DNA of 64,000 nt, from positions 96,001 to 160,000 of the forward strand of contig CAVTBV010000012.1 of NCBI GenBank assembly GCA_963733095.1, given 5' to 3'. A program made the translations under genes and the position numbers. This document shows positions 33,766-43,143 of the stretch, one piece after another. The notes under the pieces are model-generated. The model saw nothing but the letters and a program-made list of their open reading frames with translations. It did no database searches and was not told the DNA's origin. This DNA is from Candidatus Bathyarchaeota archaeon. Lineage in GTDB: Archaea > Thermoproteota > Bathyarchaeia > Bathyarchaeales > Bathycorpusculaceae. The number at the start of each line of letters is the position of its first letter. Position 1 is the stretch's first letter.

Positions 33766-33868
33766 AAGGTTCTGGGTTCATGTTTGCAGAGGTGGGAACT
33801 GGGTTGCTACTATCTACTAAGAGGGTTTCGGGTTGTTGAATTGGTTTATTGTTTTTACTCATTTTCAT
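33686..33868 (-). CDS. Small Pro/Asn-rich hypothetical protein
   Basis: SD GAGGTGA upstream; overlaps both neighbours. Confidence 0.5.
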   Translation of the reverse strand: MKMSKNNKPIQQPETLLVDSSNPVPTSANMNPEPFVPETYPNDTLPTDNRKAPVKPNGEI

Positions 33869-33998
33869 TCACCTCTTTCATATAATTCTCGATCGCTTTT
33901 CGTACTACTGAGCGAATAGAGGTTTGTTGATCAATGGCTTTATTCATTAAAGCCTTGTAGGTTTCTAAGGGCAAAATCGTTTGAACATTCTTTTTCAT
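33855..33998 (-). CDS. Ribbon-helix-helix (CopG-like) DNA-binding protein, 47 aa
   Basis: MKKNVQTILPLETYKALMNKAIDQQTSIRSVVRKAIENYMKEVNENE*; beta-helix-helix pattern with S...VVRKAIENY; below the ORF-track cutoff. Confidence 0.8.
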   Translation of the reverse strand: MKKNVQTILPLETYKALMNKAIDQQTSIRSVVRKAIENYMKEVNENE

Positions 33999-34066
33999 AG
34001 AACTCATACAGTTCATATTTTCACCATTGCATTCAGTAATGCTTATATTGTTAGATAAGGTTAAAC

Positions 34067-34100
34067 TCGAACAGGTGTTCGAAATAGAACAGGTGTTCTA
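34067..34100. promoter_or_regulatory. Tandem palindromic operators between divergent RHH and wHTH genes
   Basis: TCGAACAGGTGTTCGA (34067-34082) and TAGAACAGGTGTTCTA (34085-34100), identical GAACAGGTGTTC core. Confidence 0.8.
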
Positions 34101-34102
34101 CT

Positions 34103-34777
34103 TTGGTTGACCTTAGAACTTTGCCTTTAGACCAATTAGCAGCCATAATGGGTACGAACGAATATGACGCAATGAAGTATGTGGAATATGTAGAAAAGAA
34201 TCATAATGGTATAATACCAGTGATTGAAAGGTTCCCAAAAAAAGAAGCAAAAAAGAGGGAAACAATTTTTAAGATTTTAGATAGTTTACCATGCACTCAA
34301 GCAGTGGCAAGCCGAAAAACAGGGCTTTCCAAATCTATAATAAATGACTATCTAAAGAAATTAGAGACAGTAGAAATCGATAAAGATCTCGGCTTGGATA
34401 AAATTGGCGCTGTTAAAAAACTCAGAGATAATTATTGTGAAATGGATGTTTATTTTAATTCTTTATTACTAAACTCAAAACGAACAAAACCAGATGCTGA
34501 AAATAAAGAGAAAATATGGGAAATGTGGCACACCAGAGATGAGTATAAAATTGCCTCTTTTGTAGAGAACAAACTTAACAGTGCAATTAGGCTAAACTTG
34601 AAAGGTAAAACTTGGATTAAGGTAGTACCACTCAAGAAGGTTAAAAAAGAGGTAGTAAAAACCGAGAAGGTTGAAAAGCAGATAATTCCTAATGCAAAAG
34701 CTCAACAAAAAGCGATTGAAAACTTTAAGAAAACCCATGTTGCAATACCGTGGACGCTGTTGGAAGAAGATATTTGA
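34103..34777 (+). CDS. Winged-helix DNA-binding protein (candidate element regulator)
   Basis: IFKILDSLPCTQAVASRKTGLSKSIINDYLKKLE HTH. Confidence 0.7.
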   Translation: MVDLRTLPLDQLAAIMGTNEYDAMKYVEYVEKNHNGIIPVIERFPKKEAKKRETIFKILDSLPCTQAVASRKTGLSKSIINDYLKKLETVEIDKDLGLDKIGAVKKLRDNYCEMDVYFNSLLLNSKRTKPDAENKEKIWEMWHTRDEYKIASFVENKLNSAIRLNLKGKTWIKVVPLKKVKKEVVKTEKVEKQIIPNAKAQQKAIENFKKTHVAIPWTLLEEDI

Positions 34778-35093
34778 GCGACATTGGGATAAGGAGATGT
34801 TTTTTCACAGAAAAACCTTCAATTAAAAACTTCGAAGCTAAGACTTAAAAGAACTTTCCAACATAGCCACAACTATTCTCCCAAACTGTAACTTATGCGC
34901 TAACATACCTGAAACTTGTGGATGCCAAGAAGAGGGCTGCTCAAGGTTTACACCTAACTTTGTAAAAAACCAATACCAAATAATTAAACCAATGAAATCT
35001 CAAAGAATGCAAAAAGAAAAGAAAACAGATTATACACCACTCGTAAGAATCGTTTTTGTTTTAGGTTTGGGGTTGATTCTTTTGAAGTTGGCT

Positions 35094-35267
35094 TTAGGCT
35101 GAAAAGGAATCTTTAGCTTTTCGGATCAATTCCACATCCTGATTTATTTCTTCATAATTCTTTCTAATTCTAAGTTTTAGCATGCGAAAACTGTTGGAAG
35201 TTTTCCCAGAACTTAAGTAATCCTTTAGCATTTCGCGCTCTTTATTGCTCAATAAACGTTTATGCAT
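35094..35267 (-). CDS. Small basic helical protein (probable start MHKRLLS)
   Basis: RLLSNKEREMLKDYL..FRMLKLRIRKNY; ATG at 35267 follows a TATA-like box. Confidence 0.6.
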   Translation of the reverse strand: MHKRLLSNKEREMLKDYLSSGKTSNSFRMLKLRIRKNYEEINQDVELIRKAKDSFSA

Positions 35268-35419
35268 AAAGTCACTAATTACGTAACGCTTATATCTGCT
35301 TGCCGTCACTAAATACGTTATGGTGAACCCTTTGGAAAATTCAAAAGCACAAGCAACCAATAGGATAGGTTTGTTATGGAAAAGTGTTAAGCCATTACAG
35401 CCTTCCAAATAGGTTCGAG

Positions 35420-35713
35420 CTAGCCGCCCCCTACAGGCGGAAGAACTGCTAAGACATCGCCGTTTTTAAGCTCTGTTTCCAGACCGTTGAGGGTTGAGGC
35501 GCTTGTTCCGTTAATGAGGAACTGAAGAAAATTCTTGGGCTCCCCCGTTTTAGCGTCATAAACGTATCCGGTGAAGGGGGCACCATATTTTTTGGAGAGA
35601 AGTTTAAGAACCAAATCAACAGTGACCTTTTCGCCGTTCGCAAACGGCAGGGTTTCTTCTCTTTGACCAACTATTTCTCTGAGGTTTGTGAAGAATCGAA
35701 CTTTAACTTCCAA
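35420..35713 (-). CDS. MoaD/ThiS/SAMP ubiquitin-like sulfur carrier
   Basis: VKVRFF..LRE..G, FLING, LKNGDVLAVLPPVGGG C-terminus. Confidence 0.92.
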   Translation of the reverse strand: MEVKVRFFTNLREIVGQREETLPFANGEKVTVDLVLKLLSKKYGAPFTGYVYDAKTGEPKNFLQFLINGTSASTLNGLETELKNGDVLAVLPPVGGG

Positions 35714-35987
35714 TTTTTGGCACCAACAGAATATTGAAAATTGAAGAAATTAACCATTATGCATATGGATGTAGAAACGGCTTGGTACCACAAAGCTTTA
35801 TCCGCCAAAGAAACGGCCTTTCTAATCAAAAGCTCATAAAAGAAGCCCCAAAAGTCGGGTTTTTAGGCCGCCGATGGATGAAGCTATCGACCCAAGCCAC
35901 GATACCAATATAAAAAAGCAACAAAACTAGCTTTCCAACAAGTTTTAAACCGAACTTGATTGTTAACAGTAGACAGAAGGCTCACGC

Positions 35988-36755
35988 ATGATACTTAGCT
36001 TGTCGAACGGGATTTTCAGTAAACTGCCTTTAAACGAGAACTTTGCAGCAGTTAAGCAGCTGGGTTTTGAAAACATCGAGTTTAACATGAAATCCATCAA
36101 AAAAGAGCACGACACCGACGTTTATCGGGAACAGAAAGCGCTGGCTGCTTCAGGCTTGAATTGCTTGACGCTTCATTCAGCAGTCATGCATGTGAAAGAC
36201 CCCATCGAAGTTCACCAAGCGGTTTACTATGGAAAAATTTCGCTGGAATGCGCCCGCGCGCTCCACACATCAATTATGACCGTGCACTCTAATGTTTCTA
36301 AGAAGCTTTCCAAACCAGTCAGGGAAAGATGTCTCCGCGAGGTTTTTGGGGAAATCAAGCCGTTTGCGAAGAGTTTAGGCATCAAACTGTCTTTAGAGAA
36401 CTTATCCTACACGTCGACTGGGTTTGGCAAGAACGTTGAGCAGCTCGACGAAGTTCTCGGCGTCATCGACCCTGAGGGTGAGATGGGGCTAACGTTTGAT
36501 TTGTGCCATGCCCTTGAAACTAAAGAAGTCGATAATTTACTTGAGGCTTATGGCAGGCGCGTCTGCAACGTTCACATGGCAAACAAAGCCCACCAACCCT
36601 TCACAGAAGAAAAACCTGAACTGACAAATTTCTTGTCGAAGTTGCATGGATTCGGCTATCAGGGTCCGATTACGTTGGAACTCGAACGTAAAACATCCAT
36701 GGAAGAAATCGCCAAAACCAAATCCTTATTCGAAAAACTGCTCGAGATATGTTAG
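35988..36755 (+). CDS. Sugar phosphate isomerase/epimerase (xylose isomerase-like TIM barrel)
   Basis: LGFENIE, LSLEN, FDLCH, VHM, ITLE metal-ligand pattern. Confidence 0.85.
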   Translation: MILSLSNGIFSKLPLNENFAAVKQLGFENIEFNMKSIKKEHDTDVYREQKALAASGLNCLTLHSAVMHVKDPIEVHQAVYYGKISLECARALHTSIMTVHSNVSKKLSKPVRERCLREVFGEIKPFAKSLGIKLSLENLSYTSTGFGKNVEQLDEVLGVIDPEGEMGLTFDLCHALETKEVDNLLEAYGRRVCNVHMANKAHQPFTEEKPELTNFLSKLHGFGYQGPITLELERKTSMEEIAKTKSLFEKLLEIC

Positions 36756-36867
36756 TGAGCCAGCGGTTTTATGTCATTTCTGCTCGGTCTTTATCTGAAA
36801 GTTTTTTTCAACTTTTTTGGTCACATTTTTAAACCTCTTAATTGAATATTAGTTAATAGCATTTACA

Positions 36868-39219
36868 GTGGAGAGCATAAAAGACTCAATGATTCCTAAA
36901 AACGTGGGTTCACGGACTGTAAATGAAAAACCGGGAAACGCAAGCCCAAACGTAGCTGGCGCAAAAAAGTCAGGTTACATTCGAAATGCCGCTATCGTAA
37001 TCGGCACCGCGATAAGTTTGGGAGCGCTATATTATTTGAGTCGCCAAAACTACTTGCTCTTCCACAGCATCGTAGAAATCTTTAGCATAGTCATTGCCTT
37101 CGCCATCTTCGCCATAGCATGGAACAATAGACACTTAATAGACAACAATTATTTCATCTTCATCGGCATCGCATTTCTCTTCGTAGCTGGATTAGACGTA
37201 TTTCACACTTTAGCATACAACGGAATGGGAGTTTTCTTAAACTTCACGGGTTCTGGTCCTAATCTTGCGACGCAACTTTGGATTGCAACAAGATACGTGC
37301 TGAGCTTCTCCTTCTTGATTCCCCTGCTGTTCACTCAACGCAAGATTAAACCAAGCCTGATTATCGTCGGTTACAGTGCAGTTTCGGCCGTGCTTTTAGC
37401 GTCGATTTTTGTTTGGCAAAATTTTCCGGTCGCATTCGGGACCAATGGGTTGACAGCGTTCAAGATTGGAAGCGAATACGCCATCGCGGTCACAATCTTG
37501 GCAGCCATTGGCTTGCTGGTTAAAAAACGCAGAGAATTCAGCCCCGACATCTACAGGCTGCTTTTAGTCGCTATGGCATTAGCTGTTGCAACTGAAATGG
37601 CGTTTACCTTATACACAGACGTCTACGGCATCGCAAACGTAGTAGGACACCTCTTAAACGTGGTCTCCTTCTACTTCATCTACCGGGCCCTAGTCGAAAC
37701 TAGCCTAACTAAACCATACAACCTCTTATTCCGCAACCTAAAACAAAGCGAAACCAGATTGGCAAATCATGCCCAAGAGCTAACATATGTAAACGAGAAG
37801 TTGGAAAAAGAGATAGCTGAACGGGAAGCTACCGAGAAAGCACTCAGGGAAAGCGAAGAACGACTACAATTAAAACTGGATTCCGTGCTCTCCCCTGACG
37901 TGGAATTAGCTGAAGAAGATATAGCCAACATCATAGATGTGTCAAGACTGCAAGCAACGATGGACCACCTCTTCACAGTAACAAAGATGGGGTTTGCGTT
38001 AGTTGACCTGAAAGGAAATGTACTTGTAAGCACAGGTTGGCAAGAGATATGCACTAAATTTCACCGCATCAACCCGTTAACCTGCAAAAACTGTATAGAA
38101 AGCGATCTTGAACTCACCAGCGGACTTGAAAGTGGCGAAATCCGCCTTTACAAATGCAAAAATAGCATGTGGGATGTAGCCACACCACTGTTCATCGGCG
38201 ACAAAAGAGTAGCCAACGTTTTCTTTGGACAATTCTTCTTTAGCGACGAGAAAGTAGACCGAGAAATATTTGCTGCTCAAGCAAAAAAGTATGGCTTTAA
38301 CAAAGAGGAGTACCTTGCGGCGTTCGACAGGGTTCCAAGGTTAACCAGAGAAAAAATCCAGGACCTCATGGTTTTCTATTCTAGAATGTCAGAGCTAATT
38401 TCAAAAATAAGCCATTCTAACCTAAAGTTAGCCAAGTCTCTCTATAACCAAAAAGAGCTACAGGGAAAGCTTGAGGAAAAAGCGAGGGAAGTAGAAGAGT
38501 ATGCTTCTCAAATGGAGCAATTAGCGGATGAGAGGGCACAAAAACTCAAGGATGCTGAGCGCATGGTGGCGATTGGGCAGACTGCGGGGATGGTGGGTCA
38601 TGATATCCGCAACCCTTTGCAGGCAATAACAAGCGAGTTGTACCTCGAAAAACTGGAAATTGCTACTCTTCCAGAAGGAAAAGTAAAAGAAAACCTGACG
38701 GAAAGCTTCTGCAGCATTGAAGAAAGCTTGGTTTACATAAACAAGATTGTCGCAGACCTACAAGACTACGCTAGACCATTAAAGCCAAAGAAGGAATTTG
38801 TAGCGGCTGAAAACGCCATCAAGGATTCCTTGTCGATGGTGACAATTCCCGAAAACATCCAAACCTCAATTTCAACTCAAGAAAACCTGCCCATCCTAAT
38901 GGTTGATTCCACAATGATTAAACGGGTCCTTGTGAACCTCATCCAAAATGCCGTGCAAGCCATGCCTAAAGGCGGAAACCTAACGATAAATGCCAGCAGC
39001 CAAAAACGCCAAGTAACAATCGAGGTCGAAGACACAGGAGAAGGAATACCCATGGAAGTTCAGGGCAAACTGTTCATGCCTTTGGTTACTTCAAAATCTA
39101 AGGGTCAAGGCTTCGGCTTAGCGGTTGTTAAGAGAATGGTGGAAGCCATGGATGGAACAGTCACTTTCGAGACGGAACAGAGAAAAGGAACCAAATTCTC
39201 TCTACAATTTCTAACCTAA
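36868..39219 (+). CDS. Sensor histidine kinase (MASE3 + PocR + HisKA + HATPase)
   Basis: NYLLFHSIVEIF (MASE3), CTKFHR..CIESD..YKCKN (PocR), GHDIRNPL H box, N, G1 and G2 boxes. Confidence 0.92.
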   Translation: MESIKDSMIPKNVGSRTVNEKPGNASPNVAGAKKSGYIRNAAIVIGTAISLGALYYLSRQNYLLFHSIVEIFSIVIAFAIFAIAWNNRHLIDNNYFIFIGIAFLFVAGLDVFHTLAYNGMGVFLNFTGSGPNLATQLWIATRYVLSFSFLIPLLFTQRKIKPSLIIVGYSAVSAVLLASIFVWQNFPVAFGTNGLTAFKIGSEYAIAVTILAAIGLLVKKRREFSPDIYRLLLVAMALAVATEMAFTLYTDVYGIANVVGHLLNVVSFYFIYRALVETSLTKPYNLLFRNLKQSETRLANHAQELTYVNEKLEKEIAEREATEKALRESEERLQLKLDSVLSPDVELAEEDIANIIDVSRLQATMDHLFTVTKMGFALVDLKGNVLVSTGWQEICTKFHRINPLTCKNCIESDLELTSGLESGEIRLYKCKNSMWDVATPLFIGDKRVANVFFGQFFFSDEKVDREIFAAQAKKYGFNKEEYLAAFDRVPRLTREKIQDLMVFYSRMSELISKISHSNLKLAKSLYNQKELQGKLEEKAREVEEYASQMEQLADERAQKLKDAERMVAIGQTAGMVGHDIRNPLQAITSELYLEKLEIATLPEGKVKENLTESFCSIEESLVYINKIVADLQDYARPLKPKKEFVAAENAIKDSLSMVTIPENIQTSISTQENLPILMVDSTMIKRVLVNLIQNAVQAMPKGGNLTINASSQKRQVTIEVEDTGEGIPMEVQGKLFMPLVTSKSKGQGFGLAVVKRMVEAMDGTVTFETEQRKGTKFSLQFLT

Positions 39220-39220
39220 A

Positions 39221-40072
39221 CTATTTTTTGAAAGATACAGCCGCGTAGCCAACCACGCTTGAGTGGTCGCCTGTGATGTCCCCGCTGTTATGGTAGCTTA
39301 AAAGTTGAGCTTTAGCACATATTCCAACGCCATAGGTGATTAGGGAAGTTATTGGTGCATATCCGCAGGCGGTTATGTTTTGGGTTTCAACAGTTTCGTA
39401 GAAGCGTTTGGCATCCATGTCTGTGACAGCTTGGAGTGCAGCTTGGTCTTTGGCGGCTGCCGCTTGGGCTGGTTCGTAGTGGGTCATGTCAGATGAAGCG
39501 ATGACTACGGTGTTTGTGGCGTCTAAGGCTTCCACGAGTGCGCGTCCAACCTCAAGGGCGGAGTCGTAATCCTGCATCAAAAAGCAGAGTGGCACAATTT
39601 TGAATGAGCTGCCGTAGAGAAACTGGAGGAACGGCAATTGCACCTCGATCGAATGCTCATAGCGGTGCGCAACCTCGTCCACGTCGACAACGCTGGTTTC
39701 ATGGAGTATCGCGTCAGCAATTTTTGAATCAACTTCGACATCGCCAAGCGGTGTTCGCCAGGCGCCTTCACGCATCAAGGATAATGCGCTGCCGTAGCCG
39801 GTGTGGTTGGGACCTAAAAGCACAACTGTATCAGGCTTGCCATCTATGGCTAACTCGTAAAAAGCATGGGCCGCCACGGGGCCAGAATAAGCGTAACCTG
39901 CGTGGGGACAAATTAAACCCACGATTTTTCGTGGGTGATTATGAAAATTGGTTTGGGGAAGTTTTCTTGGACCAAGTGAATGGAGAAAACAAGAGGTAAT
40001 TTGTCCTCTAAGCGCTTCGGCGTCGCCCTCATAAAATTGAGAAGCAACAACTGGACGCCGAATCGTTGGCAA
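39221..40072 (-). CDS. amrB: MEMO1 family protein (AmmeMemoRadiSam protein B)
   Basis: PHAGYAYSG, GPNHTG, EHSIEVQLPFLQ, SSDMTHY, VVGYA. Confidence 0.93.
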   Translation of the reverse strand: MPTIRRPVVASQFYEGDAEALRGQITSCFLHSLGPRKLPQTNFHNHPRKIVGLICPHAGYAYSGPVAAHAFYELAIDGKPDTVVLLGPNHTGYGSALSLMREGAWRTPLGDVEVDSKIADAILHETSVVDVDEVAHRYEHSIEVQLPFLQFLYGSSFKIVPLCFLMQDYDSALEVGRALVEALDATNTVVIASSDMTHYEPAQAAAAKDQAALQAVTDMDAKRFYETVETQNITACGYAPITSLITYGVGICAKAQLLSYHNSGDITGDHSSVVGYAAVSFKK

Positions 40073-40075
40073 AAA

Positions 40076-40858
40076 CTAGGGCTCCTCATCCTCTTCGCGT
40101 GTCACTTTGGCTTCAAAGTCTTCGATGCTCACCGGTGGGTCTCTGTCTGCGCCGAGTTCGCCGCGTTCGCGGAGTACCTGCCTTGCAAGTAGCCAGAATA
40201 CGACTGCTAAGGCGCGTCTGCCTTTGTTGTTGGTTGGGATTACTAGGTCTACGCCTGAGAATTCGTTGTCTGTACTGCATAAGGCTACAATTGGGATACC
40301 GACTTTGGATGCTTCTTTGACTGCCTGTGCATCGGCCCTTGGGTCGCATACGAGTATGACTTCGGGGTCGATGCGGCTTGAGTACTGTGGGTTGCTGAGT
40401 TGTCCCGGGATGAATCTGCCGATGAGTGGTGTTGCGCCTGTAAGCTTGCAGAACATTTTTACTGGTTCATGAGCGTAGAGTCTTGTTGCTGCAACTGCTA
40501 TTCTCGATGGTTCGTATCGTGAGAGGAATTTTCCTGTAACTCTTACGCGGTCATCTGTTTTTTTAACGTCTAAGACGAATAAGCCATCTGGGCGTACGCG
40601 GTAGATGAATGGTTCCATGTCAAGGGTTTTCATTCGGGTACCGATGTGTATTCCTGCGGAAAGCAAGGTGTCTCTGGGTAAAAGAAGCGTTTCTTCTGGA
40701 GCTGGAGCTTCAACGGTCTCTTCTTCAACCTCAACTTCCGCTTCAGGCTCAATGCTAACTTCTTCAGTTGTTTCTTCTTCCATGGGAGCCTCTACTTCTT
40801 CGGGTTCCGCAGGTTGGTCTTCAACTGATTGATTTTCTTTTCCTTCATCTTCAGACAT
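40076..40858 (-). CDS. rpsB: 30S ribosomal protein S2 (uS2) with acidic N-terminal extension
   Basis: AGIHIGT, GRFIPG, DPRADAQA, IPTNNKGR. Confidence 0.96.
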   Translation of the reverse strand: MSEDEGKENQSVEDQPAEPEEVEAPMEEETTEEVSIEPEAEVEVEEETVEAPAPEETLLLPRDTLLSAGIHIGTRMKTLDMEPFIYRVRPDGLFVLDVKKTDDRVRVTGKFLSRYEPSRIAVAATRLYAHEPVKMFCKLTGATPLIGRFIPGQLSNPQYSSRIDPEVILVCDPRADAQAVKEASKVGIPIVALCSTDNEFSGVDLVIPTNNKGRRALAVVFWLLARQVLRERGELGADRDPPVSIEDFEAKVTREEDEEP

Positions 40859-40874
40859 TAGGTTTCATCTTCTC

Positions 40875-42149
40875 TTAGCATATTTTTAGATCAGCCATTT
40901 TGGCTCTGTTACCAAGGAAATGTTCGATTCGGATAAGCTCGTTTAACTTGGCTATGCGTGCGCCCTCAACCACGCCTGTTTTGATGACAGGGCACTTGTA
41001 TGCCACAGCCAAATGAGCTATGTGCCAATCACACGTATCGCCTGAACGGTGAGACACAACAGCGTCATAACCGTGCCTCTGTGCCAATTCGATTGTTTCA
41101 GCTGCATCGGTTAAGGTGCCTATCTGGTTGACTTTTATGATGATGGCGTTTCCAGCCTTAATCTTAATTCCATTATTTAACCTTTCAGTATTAGTTGTGA
41201 ACAAATCGTCTCCGCAAATCATGCAATTCTTGGCTTTGCGGGTAAGCTCAGCGAAACTGTCGAAGTCATCTTCGTTGAAGGGATCCTCAACATAGGCAAT
41301 ATGGTACTTCTCGATTAATTCAAGCATATATTCAAGCTGTTCGGAGGTGTCGCGTTTTTTGCCCTCCATCTCGTAAACGTATTTTTCTTCTTTGGGCTTC
41401 CAAAATGATGAAGCTGCAACATCGATGCCAAAGCCACATTCAAAATCCATTTCGTTGCCAACTTCTTCGCAGGCTTTAGCAATAACTTCGAAGGCATCGT
41501 CAGTGTCGATGTGTGCTATCCATGCGCCTTCGTCACTTTTGCCGCCGGTGAAGGTGGTGCTTTTCTTTTTTAGGGCTGTTTCAATTTTTTTATGGATTTG
41601 GGTGTTGGCGGTTTGGGCTTCCAAGAAGCTTTCAGCGCCATGTGGCAGGGCAAGGTATTCTTGTATACTGGGGGTTTTTCCGCCTCTAGCGTGTGCTCCA
41701 CCGCTTATGCAGTTACCCAATGGATAGGGCATGGTAGTGGCTGCGTTTCCTCCAAGAAACTGGAACAAAAGAAGGCTGTGACTGTTTGCAGCGGCTTCAG
41801 CGTTTGCAAGGCTGATCGCGCATGCAGTGTTTCCGCCGATGTTCTTAAAATCGGTGGTTCCGTCGATTTCATGCAGCGTACTGTCGATTTCTTCTTGGAA
41901 ATCAGCATTCAACCCTGCAAGTTCAGGGGCGATTAAATCGTCAACTTTTTTGATGGCTGCTTCAACGCCGCCTTGCGGATAATAGACTACTTCAGCTTTT
42001 CCGCGGCTTTTGCCCGCTGGAGCAGCGGCTCTTCCGAACCCGGAAGCAGTAATTACATCAACCTCTATTGTTTCTTCTCCACGATTATTGAAAACTTTTC
42101 TAGCAATGAGGTCCTCAATGATGGATGACACGGTGCAATTAAACCTCAA
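40875..42149 (-). CDS. eno: Enolase
   Basis: GGAHA, DEGA, DVAAS, EDPF, GDDL, KVNQIGT, SHRSG. Confidence 0.95.
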   Translation of the reverse strand: MRFNCTVSSIIEDLIARKVFNNRGEETIEVDVITASGFGRAAAPAGKSRGKAEVVYYPQGGVEAAIKKVDDLIAPELAGLNADFQEEIDSTLHEIDGTTDFKNIGGNTACAISLANAEAAANSHSLLLFQFLGGNAATTMPYPLGNCISGGAHARGGKTPSIQEYLALPHGAESFLEAQTANTQIHKKIETALKKKSTTFTGGKSDEGAWIAHIDTDDAFEVIAKACEEVGNEMDFECGFGIDVAASSFWKPKEEKYVYEMEGKKRDTSEQLEYMLELIEKYHIAYVEDPFNEDDFDSFAELTRKAKNCMICGDDLFTTNTERLNNGIKIKAGNAIIIKVNQIGTLTDAAETIELAQRHGYDAVVSHRSGDTCDWHIAHLAVAYKCPVIKTGVVEGARIAKLNELIRIEHFLGNRAKMADLKIC

Positions 42150-42226
42150 GTGGCTATACTTTTGTTACGCACTTATTTTAGGTTTCGGAAACCCAAACCA
42201 AGTGATCAAGCGCTAGCATTTGTGCT

Positions 42227-42883
42227 CTAAATTGAGTCCCAGCGATTCATCGCTTGCTGCCGTTTCTTTTCTTGGGCAAGCTTTTGAATTTCACCAAAGA
42301 TTGCAATCGCCGCGAGGTATTTTGTGTTATAGTCTTGAATGGTTTCTTGCATTTTCACCGACCAAGCTAGCAGATGGGGATAGTAAGGTTTAGAGGTTGA
42401 GCCTTCGCCTTGAGGGCGGTCAAACCAGAATTCTTCATAGGAACCACTGTTGCCGCTGGCAGACACGTTAAACTTGTAGAATTCCAAAATTAAGCCTAAA
42501 CGACCCAGCACATGCCTAACGGCGCGGTCGAGGATTTCAGGATACTTGTCGTCAACCTGCAGGTACTGACGGATTGAATCATGCAGCCGAGGCCTCAGAT
42601 GCCACCACAGACCAGGTTTTTCCAACTCTGCCCTAACGTTTTTTTCTGTGCTTTGGATTAATTCGTTGACTTGGGCTTTCATGTTGGCGATTTTTTCTTC
42701 CTTCATGCCCAAAGTAACTTCGGGATGTTTTGCTAAATATTCTTTTGTGGTTTTCTTGTACCATTCGGATGCAAAGGAGATGGTTTCTTTGATGAATTCA
42801 CCTTTGAGTTCGTCCATACGTTGGCGAAGGGGTGAAAGCTCTGTTTCTTCTCGTTCAATCAGGGCATCTATGTCTTCACTCAT
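42227..42883 (-). CDS. Hypothetical coiled-coil protein
   Basis: 218-aa helical ORF. Confidence 0.7.
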   Translation of the reverse strand: MSEDIDALIEREETELSPLRQRMDELKGEFIKETISFASEWYKKTTKEYLAKHPEVTLGMKEEKIANMKAQVNELIQSTEKNVRAELEKPGLWWHLRPRLHDSIRQYLQVDDKYPEILDRAVRHVLGRLGLILEFYKFNVSASGNSGSYEEFWFDRPQGEGSTSKPYYPHLLAWSVKMQETIQDYNTKYLAAIAIFGEIQKLAQEKKRQQAMNRWDSI

Positions 42884-43143
42884 GCTCAGGGAACCAGCGT
42901 TGATTTTTCTGCAAAGACATTGTCATTCCAAAGTTATATGCCTTGACATCATAAAAGATTTTTAAAAAACATGTAAACCACTACAAGCAAACTCTGTCGC
43001 GCCGCATAAAAATCTGAATGGAACTAACCCAACCCTTTTAGATCCTAATAGGATATCATTGCAGAAACTGTAGAGGGATAGTTGCCAAAACGAACATTTT
43101 TATCTAAAACATCCTATAGCTTACCTTTCAAGGTGTAATTTAC

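Larger units (their letters stand above)
20448..35411. mobile_element. Putative integrative element encoding a tyrosine recombinase and a family B DNA polymerase; boundaries approximate
   Basis: Integrase at the left end, PolB operon and RHH/wHTH switch at the right, AT-rich orphan cargo between; housekeeping genes resume at moaD (35420). Confidence 0.75.

Noticed and set aside
35094-35408. 104-aa version of the minus-strand ORF
   Set aside because: The upstream part is non-coding-like; ATG at 35267 after a TATA-like box is more plausible
20448-35411. Calling the element a casposon, pipolin or provirus
   Set aside because: No Cas1 or long TIRs, PolB motif C is not piPolB-like, and no virion genes were recognised; left unclassified
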